A stretch of DNA of 64,000 nt from positions 56,482,001 through 56,546,000 of the forward strand of contig NC_043003.1 in assembly GCF_006345805.1 (NCBI RefSeq). Reading direction: 5' to 3'. Below the pieces are notes generated by a model. That model was not told the DNA's origin, searched no databases, and saw only the letters and a program-made list of their open reading frames with translations. The position numbers and the translations under genes were made by a program. Of the stretch, positions 1 to 14,433 are shown piece by piece. This DNA is from Octopus sinensis (taxonomy: Eukaryota). Position 1 is the stretch's first letter, and every line of letters starts with the position of its first letter.

Positions 1-519
1 AACAGACGAATTTTTTGACAAATATGTCACAATGGATTTAGTTGAGGATGATAAATTTCGACGAAACGTTTCGCAATATGGTGTTGAATAGATAATAAAT
101 AATGCTGCTACACTGTATGTAGAGATATAAAAAAAAAAGAAGTCTTTTGATAGAGAAGCTTGGTGGTAGTTGAAGATGACTGCTAAATAAATTTAAATAA
201 AAACCGAAGCAGAGAAGTGGAGAAAACCAGTGTGCGTAGAAGGTTGCTGTAACAACCATCTTTGCGAACTCTACTAGCAAAGAAAAAAGAAAGAAATATG
301 GAGGAAAGAAAGAAAAGATAAAAAGTAATAAGAAAATAGTGATGTACAATAAAACAGTATTATGCGTACAAATGGAAATGGAGTGATAAGATGATAATTG
401 ATGGACAAATATTCAGAAAGAGTCAGAATAATTTTGTGTGTAGGTTTCTCTGCTTACTGTTTCTCTTGTTATTATTAATATTATTGCCGTTTCTGTCCAA
501 CCTATAGGTGTAGTAGATG

Positions 520-722
520 CTGTGGAACGTCATTATATATTTAGTTGTTTTCCTTTCTTTGTATTTTATATAATATATATATATACACACACATATGTAT
601 ATATATTATTTTGATGTCAATATTATTTATGAATTTTCAATAAAGCTTGCATGTGCTTATATATATATATATAGCTATATATATATATGTATGTATGTAT
701 CTATGTATGTGTATATGAATAT

Positions 723-753
<31 letters not shown>

Positions 754-761
754 GTATATGT

Positions 762-793
<32 letters not shown>

Positions 794-974
794 CATCTAT
801 ATATTAAACTCACACAGACGTGCATATATATATATATGTGTGTGTGTATGTGTAAATATATGGATGTATATATGTATATATATGTATGTGTGTGCATGCA
901 TGTATACATGCATATATACATATATATATATATATACATGAATGTATGTATATATATTATATATGCATATACAT

Positions 975-1023
<49 letters not shown>

Positions 1024-1080
1024 TACACATATATATAGAGTGTGAGTACATGTATGCATATGTGTACCTATTATACATTT
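520..1080. repeat. Compound (TA)n/(TG)n/(CA)n microsatellite
   Basis: Direct dinucleotide runs; they explain the Y/I/H/T-rich ORFs at 595-1215. Confidence 0.95.
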
Positions 1081-1821
1081 ATATAGAGAGAGTGATTTCA
1101 CGATATCATGCAATTTATTAACGACCAAACCTTTTTTTTTTTTAATGTCTCCACACATACTTATGCGATTGCGTTCACATCCATCTATACACAGACTAAT
1201 CCCATTGATACGCACTCATGCACATACGCACGCATGTGTGATATGAATGTGTATGTGTATTTGTATGTGTACGTGTGGGCGATTTATGGACTATTGACAC
1301 GGTTGAAGAAAGGAATCGTATCCACCCTAAATAAGGAAGAAATATTCGTAAAACATCGGAATAAGATTAGTCATCGAGATTAGTCACTGGCCCTGTAACG
1401 ATCATCCCGTCTCGATAAAAAAAAAAATCATTAGATTATGCATAATCCATTCAGCATACCAAGTGTTTCCCATCCTGTGGTGCTAGCACCTCCCGAGAAG
1501 GCTAAACTCTAAAATCTGTGTGGAGCTGGGAATTCAAATTAATTTCACCTTATTTGGATTGCCACACCAAAACATTTAAGGAGGGTATTTGCAGATCTCG
1601 ACTTGTTAGGAAAGTGATGCAGCACTTCGAAAAGTTCTTATTTGATTATATGCAGAACATGTGTTGATCTGTTAATCAATATTAGCTCTATTTTATGTAT
1701 TGAGCATTTCTTTCATTCGTAAATAAGCGTTCCTCACTCAATCAATATCCTATTTATGCATATAGACGCATATATGAACAAACACACACGGACACACAAT
1801 ATTTTACGCTTTTATTTTTTC

Positions 1822-2052
1822 ATTGTTTTACATGTTTCAGTCATTTGAATGCGGCCATGCTGGAGCATCACCTTATTTAGTCGAAGAAATCGACCCCAGG
1901 ACTTATTCTAATCCTAGTACTTATTCTGTTGGTATCTGTTGCTGATCCGATAAGTTACAGTTTTTTAAACACACTAGCACCGATTGCCATGCGTTGATGG
2001 GGGAGGGCAAACACACACAGAGACACACACACACGCACATGTATATATATAC
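1822..2052 (-). mobile_element. SINE family A (octopus OR-type tRNA/CORE-like SINE), 3' half only
   Basis: Matches copy 30633-31017 (tgtttcagtcatttgaatgcggccatgctggagca...) and stops in the internal CA/TA tract. Confidence 0.85.
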
Positions 2053-2373
2053 ATGTTACGGATTAGAGTATGGGAAATCCGGACAACTCGTTTTTGTTCG
2101 TAGGTGGTAAATCCTTAAGCGACAAGTTTAATTTAATTTTCTCCATTTCTGTGTCTTGCACACATATAGCGTCTTCTAGAATAAGAACAAGTGATACATA
2201 AATATAGGATCCAGCGATTGAGGTGTAGGAAGAAATCTATAGTGAATATAAAAAACAACTTTCATGAAGGATGGTGGTTTATTGAGACGAGAAGTTGCAG
2301 ATTTTTTTCCTTTATCGAAGAACGATGAGCTGGAAAAAAGTTCTTTTCACATCACGTTCCTCTGTAGCCCGTC

Positions 2374-2493
<120 letters not shown>

Positions 2494-3799
2494 CCTGTTT
2501 GAGTAATTTACTCATTTTGAATATGCATGCATGCTTACTCACTTTGCCTATTAGTTATTCAGCTCTGATGGTATGAGTTTGGCTTTTATCGCGAAGACCA
2601 CTGGAGCAGACTGAACTCTCCGTAGCGCTGTTTGTTAATAGTTTAGCGTACCCAAAACGCTTGCTGAATGTTCATGTGAATTACAGCCTAACCGGTTTCA
2701 TAACCTTTGTTATTCACCGTAATGTACGAACGAATATATGTATGTGTCTCTCTTCATACGCATACGCATATACACCAACACTCATACACAAGGTGCCACA
2801 CAGCGGGTCTGAACTCATAACTATGTGGTTGGGAAGCACACACTCACACACACACACACAAATTATTAAGGTGGCCATTCGAAATTTTTGCAACTGAAAG
2901 GCAACGGGTATAGTCGCCCATAATGTGACGGAGTGTGATAGAAATAAGAGTCGGAAGATCTCTTAGCCTCGTAAGAGCAATTTTCTGACAACTGACAAGG
3001 GAAACGAGCTTCATACGGTAAGCGAGATCGAATCATATCAACGCTGATTTCATATTTGATTAATCTTCCTCAGTGACACATTACTCCGTCGCCGAGAGTC
3101 AAAAAGCTCAACTCACCTTGCCAGTTTTATAGAGAATATCATAGGAAACATTGAGTGATTCCGAGAACAGTACGTATGTGTGTGTGTGTGAACATATATA
3201 TATACATATATATCTATGTATATATGTATATACAGAAATACACACACACATATATTCTTTACGTGCAGAAGATCATTAGAAGCACTGATACGTGATCTGG
3301 TTTAATGTCACTACTTTCGTATAATTAGCGAAATTCACTCTAGTGCAAACAGTCTCCGGTTTGAATATAAATTTTCCTCTTTCTTCAACGGATTTGAAAA
3401 TTCTTTGAGATATGATCATGATGCAATGACTTTATCTCTGTGACTAAACCTAAAGAGTACTCACATTACATCCGCATCTCCTCACCGTCTTCGAAAACGG
3501 AAGACATGTTCTATAATATAGTTAATACAGCTCAGGTTAATAAATGCCTCTATAAAGACGGTTTGGCACACGCGCTGAGTCGGCGGTCATCATTTGTCTC
3601 CAGCATCTGTGTTGAGTGCGTGATAAATAAGAACACGACTAAAAATGAGATATCCATGCAACTTGTATACATCGGGTGTGGTATAAAATTCCTCAATCCA
3701 ATGTATTTGTAATCAATATGCAATTGCTGTTATTGTTGTTATTGATGTTTAACGCCCCAAGAATTCACCCTATTAAGCCGATTCATATTTAAACTTATT

Positions 3800-3925
3800 C
3801 CCTTTCTGGGCATGACGCTTAACTGGCATTTCGTCCATCTTTACGCTATACGTTCATAATTTCACCGAGCTCGACTTTGCTATTCCTCCTTTCGTGGTCG
3901 ATGAAATAAGTACCAGATGAGCATA
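3800..3925 (+). mobile_element. SINE family B (Meta/MESC-domain-like), degraded
   Basis: ctcgactttgctattcctcctttcgtggtcgatgaaataagtaccag matches the central domain of copies at 6122 and 26251. Confidence 0.65.
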
Positions 3926-4729
3926 GCCGTCTTTGTAATGGACCAGCCTCTTCTCCTAAAGTAAGCATGGCCTTATGTCCATAACAGAAAAGGTTATGTC
4001 TACCTACGAGAGTATCAGTCAACTGCATCATTTGAGAGAGTATGATATCACTCGGATGATATTTAGCTGTTATATACAGTAAGTCGAGTCAGCAAGTACA
4101 ATGGTTTGTACGAGCATTATTCAAATGCCCAACATCTTTTTAAATGTATAATATTTTGTAGCCAAAACTGCTAGCATGCAATTATGTGAAATATCATGAA
4201 TACTGGAATTGGTACACAAGAGAGACAGCAAATCCCAAGTCTTTACCCGAAAATATGTAACTATTTGATTATTTCCCAACGTGCGCATTTTTAGTGGTTT
4301 TATCAAAATAAGAGGCGGCATCACACAAAGTCGGCAGTACTTACTGGAGAATACAGCTAGCTTTAATGTTTAAAATGAAATTATTAATCTACATATTTTT
4401 TGGCTAAATTTGATTTTCGATATGTTTTACTATACAATTAAAGTGAAATAGGATTTTTGTGAAACATTTCCGCCATATGTTTGCAGCAAAACTATAACAG
4501 TTTAATGTGTTTATGGGATACAGAGCATAAAGGAAAAAAAAAATTGTTTACTGCCTACTATGAATTTTATGAAAGAAATATAAAAACAAAAACACATGAC
4601 AAAGTAGGAAATATTATATATAACAATATAATTCGAGAACATTTTCGAAATTACTTCTGTGTCATGTCACGTGCTTTTAAAACTTTGGAGACGTGGAAAT
4701 CGATTATAAACCATTTTGTCTTTGTCGTG

Positions 4730-4822
4730 CTGTTGTTGTTGTTGTTGTTGTAGTTGATGATAATGCTAACGACAACGACGACGACGACGACGACGATGAT
4801 GATGATGATGATGATGATGATG
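4730..4822. repeat. (GTT)n-(GAC)n-(GAT)n compound trinucleotide microsatellite
   Basis: Direct repeats. Confidence 0.9.
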
Positions 4823-5837
4823 TTATTTCTGTTGATGTTTTGCGGCTATTTGTTCCTTATTTGTTGTTCTACTATTTGTTTAGCTCCAACTCAGCTGCGA
4901 ATGAGCAAACCTCTTTGATGGAAGACGTTCTAGCCTTGACCATCCTGCCTTTTGGTTTCTAAGCATGATTAACATATCCCTATGACACCTTCATCATATG
5001 TGATGATAACCTTCCATTAAGAAAAGATGATAGGGTTGAAATTTGTGAGCTTTGGCTGCTAGTTCCATCATCAGCAATTTTGTCACAGATGCTCTCTCAG
5101 CTGAGGAATGAGCCCTGCGTTGTAGAATGGTTCTTGCAACGAATGGCACTGGTGATTGACCTCAGCAACACCTTTGCAATTATGTCTATGAGATGTAGCT
5201 ACACCCGCAGTTTTTTCTGGGGTGCACAACCCATTCCTCCCACCCTCATCTTTTGCTGCTTAATTCTGCATTTTCTTTTCCTTTGCTTCCTTAATGAGGT
5301 TGTATGTTTCTCCTTAGCTGGTTACAAACCATGTAATGTATTTAATGTTAATTTGGCACAAGGTGGGAATTTGAACTTAGAACACCAAGTCAGATGAAAT
5401 GTCGCTAAGCATTTAGCCCGCCCGTGCTAACGATTCTGCCAGGTCGCTGCAGTTGTAATATATGTAATATTAGCTCAAAATATATACATTAATATAAATA
5501 TGCATTTTTATATGCACATGTATATACATACGTAATATTTATTCTCTCCAGCGGCCCTTTGAGTCTTACAACGCATAGATTCACTGGAACACCACACTTC
5601 CTTTTCCTCAACAAGCCTTGTTTAACATTACCCCAAAACAAATCAAAGAAGAAAACGATCCCATCAATTTCAAAAGAAAGCTGGACACATTTCTTTAAGG
5701 GATACCAGATAAGCTACCTATATACCTTAATACATCTCAGTCGACTGCTAGTCCTCACTTGCGTGTTACACTATAGTACAAAATGTGAATTAAAACTGGC
5801 TTAACACATCCTGTCAGGAATTTAGGCCAATCTAATG

Positions 5838-5910
<73 letters not shown>

Positions 5911-5911
5911 G

Positions 5912-5967
<56 letters not shown>

Positions 5968-6121
5968 ATAGATAGATAGATAGATAGATAGATATATAGA
6001 TAGATAGATAGATATATAGATATATAGATAGATAGATAGACGGACTGACAGACAGATATAGTTAGTGTTCACAGAAGCTATCCAGATATTTTCTGTATAA
6101 AATACACTCAGTAGTACTCAA

Positions 6122-6715
6122 AAGAGCTGGCAGAAACGTTAGTACCCCGGGCGAAATGCGTAGCCGTATTTCGTCTGCCGTTACGTTCTGAGTTCAAATT
6201 CCGCCGAGGTCGACTTTGCCTTTCATCCTTTCGGAGTCAATCAAATATGTATCAGTTACGCACTGAGGTCGATATAATCGACTTAATGCGTTTGTCTGTC
6301 CTTGTTTGTCCTCTCTGTGTTTAGCCCCTTGTGGGTAGTAAAGAAATATGTATTCCGTCTGCCGTTACGTTCTGATTTCAAATTCCGCCGTGGTCGACTT
6401 TGCCTTTCATCCTTTCGGGGTCGATCAAATAAGTACCAGTTACGCACTGGGGTCGATATAATCGACTTAATGCGTTTGTCTGTCCTTGTTTGTCCTCTCT
6501 GTGTTTAGCTCCTTGTGGTTAGTAAAGAAATATGTATTTCGTCTGCCGTTACGTTCTGATTTCAAATTCCGCCGTGGTCGACTTTGCCTTTCATCCTTTC
6601 GGGGTCGATCAAATAAGTACCAGTTACGCACTGGGGTCGATGTACTAGACTTAATCAGTTTGTCTATCCTTGTTTGTTCTCGCTATGTTTAGCCCTTTGT
6701 GGGCAATAAAGAAAT
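6122..6715 (+). mobile_element. SINE family B, head-to-tail triplication (one near-full copy plus two 184-bp 5'-truncated units)
   Basis: Units start at 6167, 6351 and 6535 (tatt(t/c)cgtctgccg). B-box-like gagttcaaat at 6190. Central gcctttcatcctttcggggtcgatcaaataagtaccag resembles the Meta/MESC SINE domain. Confidence 0.9.
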
Positions 6716-7179
6716 ATATATATATATTACGTATGCATGTGTGTCTATATGTATGTATGGATGTACGTATGTTTGTATGCATGCGTCTACGTATATGTGT
6801 GTGCATATTTCCATGAGCATTTGCGTATTATTTCTCATCAACATCTTTTTCTGTTCGCCACGCCACATTATTTACGCGGCGCCATATAGTACAAGGTATT
6901 TCATTCAGTATATCAGTTTAATCTGGCGACATGAACGTGATAAACAAGATGGCGATATCTATGCGTTTGTATCCCTGTATGAAAGACATTTTTCTTCTCC
7001 CTATTCTGTATTATTAATGCTCTGCTAATTATTAGTTTTGATGACTGCCTTTATTGTTATCGTTGATCAGATCCATTCCATTGTTTCTTGTTTAAGCTTT
7101 TTATTTGTTTGTTTGTTTGCTTCGCCTGGATTTCGTCTTTGTACTCTCCTTGGAGTCTTGAAGATAAAAGAATTGTCTA

Positions 7180-7615
7180 TAATGATCATGATCATGATGA
7201 TCATCATCATCGTTATGATCGTCATCATCATCATTATCATCATTATCAACATCGTCATCGTCATCATCATCGTCGTCATCGTCGTCGTCATCATCATCTT
7301 TATCATCATCAACATCATCATCGTCAACATCATCCTCATTATCTGCATCCCCATCGTCATCAGCATCATCATCATTATCATAATCATCATCATCATCATC
7401 GTTATCACCACAACCACCACTGCCACCATCACCACCACCGCCACCGCCATCACCACCGTCGCTGCCACCACGACCACTACCACCAACCACCACCACCGCC
7501 GCCACCGCGGCCGTGCCACCACCACCATCACAACCACCTTCATCATCATCATCCCCCTCCTCCTCCTCCTCCTCATCATCATCATCATCATCATTGACGT
7601 CGTCGTCTTCGTCGT
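7180..7615. repeat. Compound (CAT)n/(CGT)n/(CAC)n/(CTC)n trinucleotide tract
   Basis: Direct repeats; produce stop-free ORFs in several frames. Confidence 0.92.
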
Positions 7616-9253
7616 AACCGCTTGCTTTTGCTGTGAAGTAGGCATCAGTGCTTTACAGTATGTTGGATTTCTTCGCTGTGAAAAACGTGAAGTTTAATTT
7701 TTTATGCTCATCTTTTGCATAATCTGGATAGAATTTATTTCTGCGTGTTTTCTCTGTTTAGGGAAATAAGACATTAATTTGTGAAACACTTTTTTCCACC
7801 CGTTAATGAACAACATGGATACTTCATGTAAAAACGCCCGTTAAAGCATGAACGAAATCAAATATGTTTTTGTTTCTGTTTTCTTTTGCGGGCAGGTTCT
7901 AGTTTCTGTTATTTTTTCCGTTTTTGTGTGTGTGTTACAGAATGTAAAAAAGGAAGAAAAAGAGACTAAATTAAATTTCTCTGTAGAGTTCACGCCATTC
8001 AACAATACAAGGTAAAATAGTTTACTGAAAGAAAAGTACCAAGATCATTTTGAACAACTTAAAAGAAAATATATACGTTAAGAACGACAACAGCAATAAT
8101 ATGAAAGCATTTTGTCGAAAGAAGAAAGACTGAGAAAACTGAACTAAGCGATAAACAAAATAATTACAACCCTTCTTTCTGGCAACATAATAGCTAATAA
8201 ACTTGTTCAAATCATGAATTATCTATTTGGATAATGCGTGTTTTAGTTTCAAATATATCCACGTAAGAAAAAATGTGCACCCTTACTTCATCATTTAATT
8301 GAACAGCGAGAAAAGGAAACAATGCTCTATATATTGGAAGCTACATAGCCTTTTGTGTACCTATGAAAAATGCAATTGCAGACAGCATTTACGAACATGT
8401 AGAGAGCTATCCCTTACAGCGGCCGGAAAGTAAAGATGAAACCGAAATAAAAGCCGGGATGACGTTTTATACGCCTTTTTAGAAGCTCAAACCTTCATGA
8501 AACTGGATCATGTTGACTGCCAACTTTGAACCTTACAAGAAAATGACAAGCATCGAGATCATCTGAGGGTTTCGCAGGGCTCTCACATCATGTTCATTTA
8601 TCAGTTCTACACATTGATTATGCCGACATTTCCTTTTATGCGTTTAAACATGCTCTAAAGAAAGCTTTGATACGTTCATTGCAGGGCAAAAAACCCGGAT
8701 CAACACGATTTGGTTTTTGTGTTTTTCTATCCTAAAGGATCGAAAGACTGTGAAACAGAATTTAAACAACAAAAGTAAGAAGTTTTCAGAAGACACCATC
8801 GGCTGTAAATTAAGAAGCCACAGGTTGATAGACCACTTAGGTCATCATTAAAGCTCATGCTGCGATCCAACCTTCCGACTCAATCTCAACAGTCGGGAAA
8901 CAGCTGCTGAATTAGAATAGCACGCTGTCAGAATAGGATGAAAAGACCGAATTATTTGTTGCTTTGTTGTACTGCTTTGATACTAACTTGTCGAACAATT
9001 TTCATTCCTTCGTGTTCGAGAGCACACATCTTCGCTTTGTCAACGCAGCATAATGCTTCACCTTGAAGAGCAGATGTGTGTGTGGGGGGGTCTCGTTCTG
9101 CATGCAGTCAGTCACGCTGCTTTTTCTAATCTCCTGTTTTACGTTTACTACTTGGCATATCTCTAATCTGTTTTTTTCTATATCACTAATTCTTTGCTAC
9201 ACAAAATCTCTTTCACTTTGCGAGCGACATTTGTGTGTAAAGATGGATGGAAT

Positions 9254-9255
<2 letters not shown>

Positions 9256-9285
<30 letters not shown>

Positions 9286-9334
9286 TGTATGTATGTATGT
9301 ATGTATGTATGTATGTATGTATGTATGTATGTAT
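9256..9334. repeat. (TATG)n tetranucleotide microsatellite
   Basis: About 19 perfect units. Confidence 0.95.
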
Positions 9335-10054
9335 CTTCTGGATAATTCAATAGATTCAATCCAGTATGTGGTCGCAGTTGCTGATGTGTGTTGGTAAAAA
9401 TACCTATCAAACTTCAGAATAGTGGAAATATTATTTCCAGAATTATTGTATTAGAAAACAAGAGACAGGATACCACTTTCTTGTTGTGTTATACGTATGT
9501 ATGTAGGTATGTATGTATGCATGTATTTAAATATACCTGTGTGTATACATTTATGTATAAATGTAAGTATTGTGGCTGTGTATATTTTCCTTTTGCCTTC
9601 CATTCCTAAATTTTCACCTCTCATACGATTCTGTTTCCCACGTTTGCGAACATAATTCCGTTGCAAATTAATGCAGTGTTATGTTATCTAACAAACCACG
9701 TTATCAATACCCAAGTGTGGTCGCAGTCGAGACAATGTAACCAGTTAAGTAACGAAAGAAAAATTTCTTGAAGGAGTTCTATCCTCAAGTGAGATTTAAC
9801 TGCAATTTTAAAATATTTCATCACCTTACCATTCTTCGTAAACTTTTAATCACGCCATATTCTTCATATTTCAGCATAAAATTAAAGCTGAATAGGAGAG
9901 ATTTTAATGTAACAAAGATATGGTTTTAATGTTTAAAATGAAAGTATTTAAAACGTAATACGAATTACATTTTAATGTTTAGAATATCTAAATACACTTT
10001 TCATTATCTTTAAATGGAGTTGAAACAACTTAAAAAACGTAAACAAGCTCACAT

Positions 10055-10091
<37 letters not shown>

Positions 10092-11034
10092 CTCTCTCAC
10101 ACACACACACACACACATACACACACTCATATATATATATATATACACAGACACAGGCGCAAGTACACGCACACTGACATACACACTCATATACACACAC
10201 ATACTCATACACGCATATGTAATTGCTCAGCATGCGCACAAATATATATACATACACACCCACATACAAACATACATACGCATGTACACACACACACACA
10301 CAAATACACACACACACAATCATAATTGTGTGAACTCACAGAAACATACACGCATATAAATTCTTACAATCCACACACATACACGCGTGCACGTACGCAC
10401 ATACACACGTACACACTTAATTGTTTACAATAAATGAGACGGAAAGTGCGGTTTCATTTCAAATGTTTATTCTTCTGTTTTATTAAAACTATAATGTTTT
10501 TCATTTGATCTTTACAATCAAATTTATGAAAGGGAAGCAGGATAAGATAAATACAATATCATTCGAAAGAAACTACGAATATTTGAAAGATATTAAAATA
10601 TTAAAATATATTTAATACAACATATATAGATTTGAAAGTAAATATTACAATTCCCTTAGACAACATGGAAATTTTGTTCACAAATTTCGAAAATTTACTT
10701 GTTCCACACGGTTGCTTTGCAATAGTACAGAAGTTAAACCAAAAAAGAAAATTTTTTTTCAAAAAATACTTCGGAATATTTTATCAGTTAAGGTAAATAT
10801 ATTCGAGAGAACTTATTGATTTTTTTTAAAAAATCATTACACGGCAAAATATATTGCTGTGAAGGAACAGTCAATTATACCGACCCTGGTACCATGACTG
10901 ATACGTCTTTTTTGATCGGACCTAAGAAATACCAATAGATAAGTTCCCTTCAGTAGGAATTGAACTCTGATTTTACTGACACTCCGTCAGTTACGTCAAA
11001 GACTCTTCCAGTTTTTCCAGTCAACGGAAAAGTC

Positions 11035-11342
11035 TGCTCGAGAAATTAACATGCACGTGGATGAGCACTCCACCGATTTCGAGTACATTCAAAGTAGTTC
11101 CTATGGAGGATCAGTCTGACATACAATGTGGCAAGGCCGGCTCATTGAATTACAGCTACAACTAACTTTTGTCAGCTGAGTGAACTGGAGCAACATGAAA
11201 TAAAGGTGCCCTGTTCAAGGACACAACGCGCCGCCGTATAACGAATATAGTAGAAGACACTTGCCCAAGTTGCTACGCAGTGGGACTGAACCCGGAACCA
11301 TGTGGGTGGTAAGCAAGCTACTTACCACACAGCCACTCCCAC
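11035..11342 (-). mobile_element. Composite SINE fragments: 3' part of a V/CORE-like SINE joined to a family A tRNA head
   Basis: 11247-11342 matches the family A head (agaagacacttgcccaag...ttaccacacagccactcc); 11035-11240 contains the rc of a gttgtgtccttgaacag-type domain. Confidence 0.65.
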
Positions 11343-12961
11343 GCGCTGACACAACCCCACTACATCTACACATATTTTTATATACACATCAATATTCGTA
11401 GAATAGAATCTTTACCGCGCCGGAAAAAATGTTAAGCAGCAATTCTTTCGACATTACATTCCATGTTTACATGCCACTGGTGTCGCCATTGCCTTTGATC
11501 ATTTGGGAGCCATTAACCGCTCTTCTAAAAATGCTGGCCTTGTGCCAACATTTGAAACCATTTTTATTTCCTAAAATGTTTAAGTAATTTTAATATATGT
11601 AACTGGAAACCGTTATTCTGTCAATTTCTAATCAGAATGAAATGGTGCATTATATAATCATGTATTCGATGCAATAACATTTTCTTTTCCAAAGCTCTAA
11701 TCCTTGCAGATAATATGTAAAAATAATTATCCGTCTTAGATTTGCTTGCACCAAGAAACACGTGTTTGAAATATGGGATGTGGGAAACGTGATTACAACG
11801 ACTTTAGTGCTAACTGGTACTTATTTTATGGACCCTGAATGAATAAATGGCAAACTCGACTTCGGCGGATTTTTAATTCAGCACGTAGACTCAAATGAAA
11901 CGTCACTTTACATTTTGCACGGCGTGCAAACGATTCTGCCTGTTCATCAGATTCCGCGTTTGAAATATTTACTATTTGTCTCTATGGTAAAATATACATG
12001 ACAACGGTTAAACATTGAACAGAAAGATCGCTCATTTCTTTTCATGGAGAGCAGCACGGCTTCAAGGAAAAATGTTGATAATGTCTTTGAAAGCAATGCT
12101 CCTTTGCTGTTGTCATGATATCTCTGGAAAGTTTTGAAGACACTTTCAAAATTTTCCTCTATGAATATGTGAGTATATGTGTGTGTATATCTATATACAG
12201 ATAGATAGCGTATATGTTTATGTAAATATATATACACATATATATATATAGAGAGAGAGAAAGATAAATCATATATATATATATAGAATATATATATTTA
12301 ATACATATATACATATACACATATACATATGATTATATATACATTCATATAAATGTACAAATATATATATATGTATTTATGTAAATATATATATATACTT
12401 GTATATGCGTGTGTGTATGTTTGTGTGCGTGTGTTTGTGTGTGTGTGTGTGTGTGTAATCTATTTCATCGCGTAATCTATATATTTAATCTAAACTTCAT
12501 ATTTGATAAATTTTTGAAAAATACAACAGAGAAATTTTATTGAATATCCGTTCACATTGATATTTCCATAGAAGAATAATATCAATAATGTTATATAAAC
12601 ATTTGACCTTTATAAACTACCACCTACCATTTTCAATTTAAACCTTCCATAGTTCATTGAACAAGAATTCTTTAAACCGCGGCGTTATTTCAGTAAAGGA
12701 ACATAAAACCCAGAAAATACAATAACACCTTGTAAATAACTCCTTACGCGTGCGCATGCGCGAGTATACACACTGCGTTATTTATATACATGTATACACA
12801 TACGTATGTATATTCATATATTTATGTGTGTATATATATATATTATATATATATATATATATTTATAAAGGAAGAAATATATATATGTATATATAAAGAT
12901 ATATGTGTGTATGTATGAGCGTGCGTGTATGTGCATATATGTGCATTTCTATATATATGCG

Positions 12962-13010
<49 letters not shown>

Positions 13011-13849
13011 GTTTATATATACATATGTGTGCGTATGTATTTATATATAAATGTGTGCGTAATATATATATATGTTTATATATATATTTGTGTATATATA
13101 TATATATATATATAGGAGGGTGGCTGTGGTGCTGGATGGGAAGAGAGTGGCAAGGCAGACTAAAAGACAGACAGACATACAGACAGACTGCTAAGTGCAG
13201 AGTAATAGAGAGATAGACTAGATAGATAGATGTTCATGCATTATATATGCAAGACACTGTGTGTATGTGGGGGGGGTGAGAGAGTATATATGTGTACTTG
13301 CGTGCATTTATGTATGCATGTGCTTATGTGTGCTCGTATGTCGACATACATCTTAATTCATGTGAATGTGTTCCCGTAGAGATAAAGGAAACTATGCGCA
13401 TGCGTGTGCTAATAACTATGGCTACCTCAAAAATACGGAGAGACGAAAAGGTAAATAGATAGATAGATAGATAGCGAGAAATGTGGGGGTAAATGAAAAG
13501 GAGAAAGAGAGACGAAGAGAAGTTGAAATAGATTATTAGTGCGCTTGCACTAGCTTGGCTCAATGGAACCATCAGTTCGAAAACACATTCTTTCTCAAAA
13601 TTTGCTACTCCTCTTTTATATAGGTTTTTGTTGAAAATGTTTGCGATTCTTTTAATAGTTGTTGTTGTTTTTTTTATCGTTTTTATTCTTGATGATGAGT
13701 AGGAGGATGTTGTTGGTCGTGTTTTGTTGAAGTTATCGATGACAATGGCGCTGATAATGAGGACGGCAGTGACGATGCTGGAGATGATTGGGTTTACCGA
13801 CGATGCTCTCGTTTGTGAGGACGAGCTTTGCTAAAAAGGTCTAACGATG

Positions 13850-14109
13850 TTTTATGTTGAGGATGATGACGACGGCGGGGGTGAGGATGATGATGATGAT
13901 AATGATGATGATGACGATGACAAAGACGTTGATGAATAACGATGAGGATGATGATGATGACGATAACGATAAAGATGATATGATGATGATAATGTGAATG
14001 GTACGTGAATGGTGATGGAATTGAGTATTTTGACGTCGACGATAAGAACAAATGATGTTGATGATGATGATGATGAAGTTGACTGCCATGTCGCTTGTGT
14101 TGATAATAC

Positions 14110-14164
<55 letters not shown>

Positions 14165-14393
14165 CAGCAGCAGCAGTAGTAGGTGGCAGCCGCTGCAGCA
14201 GCATGAGTAGCATTAGTAGTAGTAGTATTAGTCGTAGTAATAGTGGTAGTAGTAGTAGTAGCAGTAGTAGTAAGTGGCAAGCGCTGCAGCAGCATCAGTA
14301 GCATTAGTAGTTGTAGTATTGGTCTTAGTAATAGTGGTAGTAGTAGTAGTATTAGTAGTAGTAGTGGTAGCCGCTGCAGCATCAGCAGTAGTG

Positions 14394-14430
<37 letters not shown>
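13850..14430. repeat. Compound (GAT)n/(AGT)n/(GCA)n tract with a 90-91 bp higher-order unit
   Basis: gtgg(c/t)a(gc/ag)cgctgcagca recurs at 14183, 14274 and 14364. Confidence 0.88.

Positions 14431-14433
<3 letters not shown>

Noticed and set aside
7038-7697. Long ORFs (219, 192, 169 and 134 aa) in several frames
   Set aside because: They are translations of CAT/CAC/CTC microsatellites; both strands are open and there is no domain content.
12745-12765. NRF1-like gcgcatgcgc motif
   Set aside because: Easily generated by degenerate (GC/CA) microsatellite sequence in this genome; no CpG-island context.
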